Positions 1 to 7,760 of a DNA stretch of 64,000 nt are shown in pieces. The stretch's first letter is position 1. Every line of letters starts with the position of its first letter. The position numbers were made by a program, and so were the translations under genes. The notes under the pieces were generated by a model that was not told the DNA's origin, did not search any database, and worked only from the letters and a program-made list of their open reading frames with translations. The stretch comes from Mobula birostris (taxonomy: Eukaryota), in assembly GCF_030028105.1 (NCBI RefSeq), contig NC_092395.1, positions 43,180,459 to 43,244,458 of the forward strand, written 5' to 3'.

Positions 1-885
1 CAGGGCTTCTCCGCTGCGCGCCAAGAAACAGCATTCCCGGCAGGCTGATCGGCTCCGTCGACAGGTAAGGCCATTCAATCCTGGAGAGGAGGTCTGGTTG
101 GCATCAAGGGATCTTCCTCTGAAAGTCGAGAACCGGAAAGTGGCACCGCGCTACGTGGGACCGTTTGTAGTGGAAAGGGCTGTCAGCAAGGTGCCCTATA
201 TTTGCGTCTACCAGCATCACTGAAGATCCACCAGTATTCCATGTTTCCCAGCTGAAGCCTGTTACTGCCTCTTCGTTGGGCCCACCTGCCCCACCTGCCC
301 CTCCTCCCCGCAGGGTAGATTGTTCCCTTGTCTATACTATGCGACGCCTCCTGACATCTCGCCGGGTACGTGGTAAGGTCCAGTACCTTGTGGACTGGAA
401 AGGGCATGGCTCAGAAGAACGTACTTGGATTCCGTGTTACGGATATTTTCGACCAGTCGCTGATCCGGGATTTCCAACGGACACAGGTCTGTGCGCCTCA
501 GGGGCTGCGCCTGGAGAGGGGGGCCCTGTCACAACCACGGATTCGGCAGCGAGGTAGATACGGCAATTGTGCTTGTGAATTTGCACGTGTCAGCTAATTA
601 TTTAATCGTGATAGTATTGAACTCTATATTTGTCTTTCGAGTGCTTGTCGAGACGTGGAGTGAGAACATCAACGCTTCACTGTCTGTTTTGCTTTCGCCT
701 TGAAATTTGACTTTCGAGTCAACCGACTTCGAAGACTGGCAGTATTCGTTTAATGTTTAGATTTTCTTTTCAGCTGCAGTGTAGACTTCGGTTCCCATTT
801 CAGAGTTTTAGTTAACGGCTCTATTTGGGCAAGCGTTTATTGCTTATTTTCCCTTATTGCGAATAGTGTTTAAAGTTTCACACAC

Positions 886-1166
886 AATAGATGCCAGGAG
901 AGATCATTCGGCCCCTCGAGCCTGCTCCGCCATTCACTGTGATCATGGCTGACCATCCACAGTCAGTACCCTGTTCCTGCCTTCTCCCCATATGCCTTGA
1001 CTGCGCTATCTTTAAGAGTTCCATCTAACTCTTTCTTGACAGAATCCAGAGAATTGGCCTCCACTGCCTTCTGAGGCAGAGCATTCCACAGATCCACAAC
1101 CCTCTGTGTGAAAAAGTTTTTCCTCAACTCCGTTCTGAATGGTCTACCCCTAATTCTGAAAGTGTT
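886..1166 (-). mobile_element. CR1 LINE 3' tail fragment
   Basis: Reverse complement of the CR1 3' end seen at 15800-16120 (ggccattcggcc...gagcctgctccgccattca-type motif). Confidence 0.75.
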
Positions 1167-1209
1167 GCTTCTTCCGTGAATGCCTCACCTCCCCTTCATA
1201 CCCCATCCC

Positions 1210-1213
<4 letters not shown>

Positions 1214-1242
<29 letters not shown>
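1214..1242. repeat. (TTA)n microsatellite
   Basis: Direct reading of the sequence. Confidence 0.95.
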
Positions 1243-1504
1243 GTTATTTCCCCTTTTTTTCTCTCTCTCTTTTTTCTCCCTCTGTGCCTCTCACAATAGT
1301 GGGTGCCCCTCTCCCTTTCTTTCTCCCTAGGCCTCCGGTCCCATGATCCTCTCCCTTCTCCAGCCTTGCATCCGTTTTGCAAATCAACTTTCCAGCTCTT
1401 AACTCTATTCTCCCCCCCCACCCCCCACCCCGTCTTCTCCTAATCATTTCGGATCTCCTCCTCCTCCTCCCCCTTTCAACTCTCTTGCTATCTCTTCTTT
1501 CAGC

Positions 1505-1542
1505 CAGTCCTGAGGAAGGCTCTCGGCCCGAAACGTCGACTG
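1505..1542 (+). ncRNA. Minimal type I hammerhead ribozyme motif
   Basis: CAGTC-CTGAGGA-AGGCTCTCGGCCC-GAAAC-GTC-GACTG. Stem I CAGUC/GACUG, CUGANGA and GAAA cores, GUC cleavage triplet, loopless ACGU helix III. Confidence 0.75.
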
Positions 1543-1819
1543 TACCTCTTCCTATAGATGCTGCCCGGCCTGCTGCGTTCACCGGCATTTGTTATGTGTG
1601 TTGCTTGAGTTTCCAGCATCTGCAGATTTCCTCATGTTCGCAATAAAGTTTGTGAACTATCGACCTGCTTCAGTGTCTCTCTCTCCGCTCTTGGGCCACA
1701 TCCGAACCTGGTAACAAGTGCTTGATGCATGTTTGAGGAACATTGAACAGGCACCAATGGGGTTGCTCTACATGGACTCAATGGGCTGAATAGCCTCATA
1801 TGTATTTTGATAAATTCCG

Positions 1820-2095
1820 CCATAAGATCACAACACATCGGAGCAGAAACAGGCCATCCAGCTCATTTACTCCACCATTCCATCATGGCTGATTTACCAT
1901 CCCTCTCATTCCCCTTCTTCTGCCTTGTCCACATCCGCGTCGACGCGTTTACTTTTCAAGAAACTGTCAATCTCCACTTTAAGTATATTTAATGACTTGG
2001 CCGGCACAGCCGTCTGTTACAATGAATTCCATTGATTCACCACCCTCTCGCGAAAGCAATTCCTCCTCCTCTCTGTTCGAAGAGGATGTCCTTGT
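1820..2095 (-). mobile_element. Old CR1 3' tail fragment
   Basis: cacaacacatcggagcagaaacaggccatcc...ttccattgattcaccaccctct resembles the other CR1 tails in the window. Confidence 0.65.
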
Positions 2096-3483
2096 CTTCT
2101 CAGGCTCTTCCCTCTGGTCCTTGACTAATAGGAACTCAGAGAACAACTTGGGAACAGGTGGGTGTGCAATTTCTTCGATTGGAATGGTGGGACTTGCCCA
2201 TTGGGGGTAGTATTTTTGAGAGAATGCTTTCTTTTTCAGGATCTCTGTGTTGTGCGAAGTCGAACCTTGGATTTCAGATCCACTCTACCTTTCCATGCAA
2301 GTACAAACAGCACTGATCACACTTCCAGCTCTACCAGGATTGCTGTTTCTCTCTTTACCTCTCCCTCTGTCACCCATCCCACAACTCTCCCAACCAGTTC
2401 CCTTCCCGCCTTTCTGTCTCCTGGACGTTTTATTCTCTGATCTCACCTTCGCTATCTGCTGTTTCTCTGTCATCCCCTCTCTCTATCCATCCCATCTCTC
2501 CTTCCCTCTGTCTATATGTCTCTTTCTCTGACACACACACACGCTTCCTCCCTCTGCCACCATTATCATGCTCCTCAGCCGAGGGAAGCAGCCATTGTTT
2601 GAAATCCCGGACTGAATCGCCCAATGGTGACTACCCCGTCCATCGAAGTAACGGCAAGGGGGTGAGGGTGAGGTCAGCGGTGGAGGGCTCTGAGCGAGTT
2701 GGTGGGGAGGGAGAGGAAGGATCAAAGTCGGAACAGGGTTCGGGAAATGAATGTAGTGGTGCTGCAAATGGGGAGAGGATAAGGGTTCAGCCGAGGAAGC
2801 GCTGGCGGAGTGGGTAGGATTGGGAGGAGAAGGGCGGGAGGGCGATGGGTACAGTTGAGAGTAGGGAAAGCAGATCCGGAACTAATCTGAACCGAATCCC
2901 GAACTACTTTGTCTCTGGACTCCTGCACCACACGCCATCGCTCAATAGATAATTGAGAAACAGAATTTAAACATCAATCCTTGTGACCCGGTCTTTACTT
3001 CAACCGTCTCAGATAACCAGACTGTCCAGTTTGTGTCAGTATTGCTCATTTCTGGCGAAACCGCTTTAGCCCAGAACGTAACTGCAATGTATTCTGCTTA
3101 ACCGAATATTTCCAGCCACGTTTATGTTCATTTCCTTTACCAACCTTCCCAAAACCAACTGTTTTGTTCTCATTTAACATCGCAGCCTCACAGTCAACCC
3201 ACCACCCTGACCCGATTCTTTCCAGTATCTCCGCAATGGAACTTCCCGTCATTCGTTGCTGATATTCGGTGTCCAAGGCTGCCGGAGAGATTTCCTGAAC
3301 TTCACGAACCAGAGAGAGACGAGTCTCCCCTCTCTTCCCTCCTCCCACTCAGTATCAGAATAGGAAAAACACGAAAGAAGACGAAACACACACACGGAAA
3401 TCATTCCCGCACTGATCATATTTATTGGTAGTTAATCACCATTACCGTCTGTCAGTCTAATCCTGATAATGTATCACAAAACG

Positions 3484-3489
3484 TTTATT
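3484..3489 (-). terminator. Candidate poly(A) signal of the IgL C exon (AATAAA); a second one lies at 3421-3426
   Basis: TTTATT on the + strand about 290 bp past the C stop codon. Confidence 0.5.
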
Positions 3490-3776
3490 AATTATTCTAA
3501 TTAAACCAAACCCAATTTCAGAGAAAACCAGTCACAGCCTGGAATTTCCAGAAGCCAAGTAACTGTCCGCGTTACCACCGTGTAGCCTCTCAGTAGGAAA
3601 AAGAACCAAATCCGCCTCAAATCAGAGTACAAATATTCCAACACCACAGTGGAAACTACAGAGAGCGGAAAAGAAGGGAAATACAGTGAAGAGCGAGTAA
3701 GAGTGGTAGAGGTGAAAGATACAAGGCCATGATCCCCTGTTAATCAGGAACAAACAAGGCCGAAGCCGCGCTCTGT

Positions 3777-4099
3777 TTAACAGCTGGATTGTGTGACTGT
3801 TGCGGATATTTTCGAGGCTGCTCCTTGTTGAACTGAGCAGGAGTACCTCTTCCCACTGCTCCAGTCTGCGCCGGGCACCGTCAGGTAGCTGCTGAGACTG
3901 AAGGTTTTGTCCGCGTTCTGAGTCACTCCGCTGGTTTGCACCTCACTGCTCGTCGGACGGTCGTTCACTGTCCAGCTGACGACAGGGAAGCCCATAGACA
4001 ATTTACTGACCAGGCAAACTAAGGTGCCCAATCCTTTAGCGGAGATCTCCTCGGCTGACGGCCCAAGCAGTTTCACTGAAGGGTCCGGGAGTTGCCGAG
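3777..4099 (-). CDS. Immunoglobulin light-chain constant exon (C1-set), probably sigma isotype, intact
   Basis: ARQLPDPSVKLLGPSAEEISAKGLGTLVCLVSKLSMGFPVVSWTV...TFSLSSYLTVPGADWSSGKRYSCSVQQG...TQSSC*. Both Ig cysteines, the Trp and the C-terminal interchain Cys are present. The acceptor ttcag at 4100-4104 joins in phase with J (G|CT = Ala). Confidence 0.95.
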
Positions 4100-4463
4100 C
4101 TGAACGAGAACAAAAGATGACGGGTTTCAAAACGCGAAATATATTTCGACATTTTTTTTTACAAAACTATAAAAGTTTATTTCCATCATATATACACAAA
4201 ATACAGACTTTCAATAGTTACAAGACAGTAAGTATACTCAGAGTAAAATATGGTTACTACCGTTTATAAAACAGTCAATACCCTGCGGGGTTCATCGCTC
4301 CCGGTTCCTCCGCAGTTTGACAGAGAGCAAGTGAAAGGTTTCAGGTTCATTAAGTGGGGCTGCGAGTCTCATTGAAAGACAGCGCAGTGCCCATGGAGGA
4401 CAGTGCATATTGCTTATACTGGAATACTGGAAATCTACTCCACCGGGTGAGGCTTTTTAGCGC

Positions 4464-4479
4464 TGAGTCATTCCCGGAA
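4464..4479. promoter_or_regulatory. Adjacent AP-1 (TGAGTCA) and STAT/GAS (TTCCCGGAA) sites in the J-C intron; candidate enhancer
   Basis: Perfect consensus motifs abutting at 4464-4470 and 4471-4479. Function is untested. Confidence 0.35.
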
Positions 4480-5376
4480 TTGAGAGACAGACTGGCATCA
4501 AAGCGCCCCCAGAGTAGTTTAAATCGCCCACTCTCTGTGCCATTAGATACACGTTCCTCCTCTTCACTCCGACCCACCCAGTCGTCACTAATGGCCCAGT
4601 GTCTGCAGGGAGAAAAAAAAAAATCTCACAATCTGCTCTGCCCCAGTGGGCGAGAGCACCAAAAGCGCGGTCCTGTGCTCCATGGCTCGGGGCAGAGTAG
4701 GTCGTTCTGTGATTTGTGATGATGTCGAAGGATTCGGCTCCCACTCACTGTGCGGATTGGGAGATTGGATTTTCCGCAAGAGCTCTGGCCATAGTCGGTG
4801 TAGTGTCGGGATCGCTGAAAAGTGGTTCCCCAGAAAGGAACAGCGCTCAAATGAGCAGGTGGAGAGGAGGCGAGGGCTGGACACTGCGAGAGGGTCTTTT
4901 AATTGATGGGTGCTGGAGGAGAGTTCCACGCTCACTGGGAGGAGAGCAAGTCCAGTAGGTGTCCGAGGGATGTTTCGCGGGAATGTGCTAAACAATAACT
5001 TGAAACTTGTCGTTCTAATGTATTGTCATGGACTGTCTTCAGTCGGCAACGTCCTGCCCCACTGTGTCCCTTCTCTTTCGTTCCTATCAAAGCAACATAA
5101 TAACTGACAAACTAACACTAGAACCCAAATAACACTAATGATCAGAAAATGTTAAATCATAGTTTGTCCAAAAACGCAACCGGAATGAGAAATGTTTCAT
5201 TAAGAGAAGGTAACAATTCACCAAACACAACGTTGTCCCGTAAAACTGACGCTGAACTCGAAACACGATTCAATTGTAAATCAATATTTTCACTTTAATA
5301 TTCGCTAGGATTTTATAACGTATATTCGCCGTATTTATGCCGTGGTTATTGCAGGAGATACTTCCCAGACACTTAC

Positions 5377-5413
5377 CTGTAACAAGGAGCTTTGTCCCAC
5401 GGCCGAACACCCA
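5377..5413 (-). CDS. IgL J segment
   Basis: TGG GTG TTC GGC CGT GGG ACA AAG CTC CTT GTT ACA G|GTAAGT = WVFGRGTKLLVT. FGXG motif, perfect donor, heptamer directly 5'. Confidence 0.95.
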
Positions 5414-5452
5414 CACAGTGTGAAATTCCGGGCTTCAGTCAATTACCCAGGA
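5414..5452 (+). other. J recombination signal: perfect heptamer, atypical nonamer or spacer
   Basis: CACAGTG at 5414-5420. At 23 bp the nonamer reads TACCCAGGA, a poor match. The best nonamer-like match, TCAATTACC (6/9), lies after an 18-bp spacer. Confidence 0.75.
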
Positions 5453-5762
5453 CTCTGTAATCAGGCAGAAAACACGGTCAGACGTTCCCGAGTCAGCTTG
5501 AAACCAGACTTCACACATCCCGACTGTCCCGATCTGTGAGGGGCTGGAGGGGGTGAACTCACAGCCGCACCGCCAGACTGACATTAAACGACATCAAACA
5601 CTCGATAATGGGCGACGGGATTCGGAAACTTTCCAAATACGGCAAGATTGACTTTGGAAAATACTGTATAAAGGGCGAAATTAAATTGACTTTATGAAGA
5701 GCTGAAGATTCCAATGTTCCATCCGATGCAAAGATGTGAAGTGTATCATGTCTGCTGACCCC

Positions 5763-5790
5763 AGTTTTTGTTTTACCTTCTCTCACTGTG
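5763..5790 (-). other. V recombination signal sequence with 12-bp spacer
   Basis: CACAGTG-agagaaggtaaa-ACAAAAACT, canonical. V-12/J-23 polarity is the kappa/sigma arrangement. Confidence 0.95.
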
Positions 5791-6077
5791 ATAATTAAGT
5801 ACTGGTTCGTGTAACCCACTTTCCGCAGTAATAGACGGCAGCGTCATTCATCTCCACTCTGTTTATGATTAACTGATGCTCGGTGCCGGCGCTGTTGACT
5901 GTCGACGTGAAACGGTCACTGCTAATTCCAGGGGTGTAGCTTGGGCTATTCCAGGAATCATGGTAATTTAGGATCCAGTGTGGAATTGTTCCTGGAGTCT
6001 GCTTGTACCAGTTCACACGATTGCCATCCTTTGACCCGATGTTACCCACTTTGGCAGTTTGAGGGTTTGAACTCGTT
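5791..6077 (-). pseudogene. IgL V segment (sigma-like) with damaged FR1, probable pseudogene
   Basis: NIGSKDGNRVNWYKQTPGTIPHWILNYHDSWNSPSYTPGISSDRFTSTVNSAGTEHQLIINRVEMNDAAVYYCGKW. The long CDR2 of YHxSWxSPxY type resembles sigma V regions. The first Cys is missing (AKVGNIG), FR1 is short and out of phase with the acceptor catttag at 6078-6084, and TAA lies at 5795-5797. Confidence 0.88.
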
Positions 6078-6233
6078 CTAAATGTGGGGACCAAACAATG
6101 ACGCTTGAGGAGCTGACTGGCTCCATCCATTCCTTCGAGTCGAACAAAACTCCCAGAATTGATAGTTTACAGTTCTCAGCTCTGATGCACCTTTTCAAGT
6201 GAAGTCAAATCGAATGGCATCAAGTTTAATTAC

Positions 6234-6273
6234 CATTCCAACGATACTCGGAGACAGTCCAACGAGACAGCAT
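6234..6273 (-). other. Possible decayed leader exon
   Basis: ATG...AAT G|GTAATT is a 40-nt phase-1 exon 156 bp upstream of the V acceptor. The peptide (MLSRWTVSEYRWN) is not hydrophobic, so support is weak. Confidence 0.2.
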
Positions 6274-6313
6274 TCATCTGGGGCCAAGGAGCATAACTTA
6301 GGTTCAAAATAGC

Positions 6314-6377
6314 GAGATAGAGAGAAAGAGAGGGAGAGAAAGGGAGAGGGAGAGAGAGAGAGAGAGAGGGGGGGGGG
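6314..6377. repeat. GA-rich microsatellite plus G run
   Basis: Direct reading of the sequence. Confidence 0.9.
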
Positions 6378-6951
6378 CAGGTCCCTGAGCGACATCCACT
6401 TCGATGACACAGCTCCCGGCAATACAGCCTGTCATTCCACAAATCGAACACTGGAGGGCAGCACTGACCGAAGAGGCCAAATCTCAACTGAGCACGGACT
6501 CCATGCTGCACCGTCTCCAGCGTCGTCTCATTTGCAAGCTCGCTGGAGACCGAATCCGTGTCTACAACCGAGGCCATGCTGCTATCTCGTCACCCGTTAT
6601 ACACGAAGCAAGTGAAACAGGACTGTTGCATCTCACATTATCGATGTTCAGCGATCGCAAGATAAACGTCCAAGACAGTCACTCACGGTGACACGGCACT
6701 CTGCTTTTGCGCACCAACCCCCACACCTTCGAGTGCAGGCAGCAACTCGGTCCGCACTCAGGTCAGCTCCTCCGAACATTCTCCAGCCCATCTGCCGGCC
6801 TCTCCTCTGAGCCGAGCTGGGCACCGGCTCCTTTGTCACCCCATCCGGCGGCTACGAACAACGCGGTAGACCTACTGTGCCCGCAGTTCTGAAAGTGCAG
6901 TATATTCATAGGATCATTAAAAAATCACACATTTGAAAAAGAAAAGCCCAC

Positions 6952-7015
6952 CTTTGTTTGGCCGCTGCGTTAGAACACGCCGCCATCTTAGCGGCATCAC
7001 AATGTGGGAAGTGCA
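6952..7015 (-). promoter_or_regulatory. Housekeeping-type promoter and candidate 35-nt first exon (MAACSNAAAKQ)
   Basis: Perfect YY1 motif AAGATGGCGGC (6979-6989) containing the ATG, a ZNF143/SBS-like motif at 7000-7015, a donor AAG|GTGGGC at 6951, and CpG-rich surroundings (about 6400-7000). Confidence 0.45.
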
Positions 7016-7463
7016 CAATGCGATGCTTCTAGTTGTCACATGTCAGACTCCACGAGGAAGGGCATCCAGAACTCTACAGCCTAACAGCTAAACGATTTTA
7101 CTTCAAACTTTCTATTTTTAAAGTTTGCCCAAAAGCAAAATACTGCTCCGCTGTCAGACTGAAATTAAAGCAGAGACACTCAACAATTCTGACGGTGCCC
7201 ACTGGAGAAAGAAACAGGGTTAACATATCTGACTTTAACCAGAGACAATGATATCTTGTTTTATATTTAATTGTTCTGTTGGAATTGTAGTTACCATATC
7301 GGTTTGGCTATGTGAAATGACGTAGTTACGGTGTACATATCAGCCCAATGGAAATTGATTTCTAAACAGAGCATTTTGATGAATGAATTCACAACGTTTT
7401 GCTGTAAAGATTGTTTTTCTGTGGGTCTTTTGAAGGATTGTTTATTTTTCTTTCATTTACTTT

Positions 7464-7760
7464 ATGAAAACTTCCAGAAATGAAAAACACTTCAAAACAT
7501 GTTTGTCAGCTCTTTGCAATAGTGTTGATTTTTGTGCTTTGTACAATACTTCATTGTTCATTGATAAATCAGGAAAGCACCAAACAATTGGAGAAGAATT
7601 GATTTTGCCAGCCATAAGGGAGATTCTGAATACACTTTTGCATAAGTCACCAGATCAAATAATTAAAGTACTGCCACTCAGCGACAACACCGTCAAAAGA
7701 TGAATAAATGATACATCTGAGAACGTGGAAGAAACATTAAGCAATAGAATTTACTCCCTT
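7464..7760 (+). mobile_element. hAT (Charlie/Buster-like) transposase fragment
   Basis: ALYNTSLFIDKSGKHQTIGEELILPAIREILNTLLHKSPDQIIKVLPLSDNTVKR*INDTSENVEE matches the recalled Buster/SPIN motif KxGKPHTIGEELILP...PLSNNTVxRRI. Confidence 0.85.

Larger units (their letters stand above)
1170..1634 (+). mobile_element. Penelope-like element 3' (pLTR) fragment
   Basis: Homologous to the right arm of the GIY-YIG-bearing element at 60775-61348 and contains the hammerhead motif. Confidence 0.8.
1..1716 (+). mobile_element. 3' end of a sushi/chromovirus-type Gypsy LTR retrotransposon (integrase tail, chromodomain, PPT, 3' LTR)
   Basis: ORF 276-557 contains a chromodomain-like motif ([29 protein letters not shown]). 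A purine tract (GGAGAGGGGGG) precedes TGTCAC at 527. Bases 1-190 align with 63588-63780 of the related element at the window end. Confidence 0.9.
527..1716 (+). repeat. 3' LTR (TG...CA), interrupted at about 886-1634 by CR1 and Penelope fragments
   Basis: Begins TGTCACAACCACGGATTCGGC and ends GGTAACA, as does the LTR at 57752-58177. Confidence 0.88.

Noticed and set aside
1-470. The window begins and ends in the same Gypsy region (63588-63970), suggesting a ~63.6-kb tandem unit
   Set aside because: The copies and their LTRs are clearly diverged and no flanking unique sequence is shared within the window. Independent insertions are sufficient to explain it.
2640-2880. Purine/G-rich tract downstream of C as a switch-like region
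   Set aside because: No tandem AGCT-type repeat units, and light chains do not class-switch.
4354-4719. 121-aa + strand ORF with an EDSAY.C-like motif
   Set aside because: It lies antisense in the J-C intron. The spacing does not fit DxAxYYC and there is no other Ig framework.
5414-5440. Possible lambda5-like N-terminal extension in frame with J
   Set aside because: An in-frame TGA lies six codons upstream of the J.
5559-5565. GTGAGT donor between V and J as a second leader or cryptic exon
   Set aside because: No hydrophobic leader in any frame, and V read-through is closed by TAA at 5795.
6530-6537. Octamer-like ATTTGCAA as the V promoter
   Set aside because: Only a 7/8 match, in the opposite orientation to typical light-chain promoters and about 255 bp from a doubtful leader. 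Too weak to call.
6230-6892. Several 60-115 aa ORFs in the CpG-rich region upstream of V
   Set aside because: No recognisable domains. They run into microsatellite sequence and are expected by chance in GC-rich DNA.
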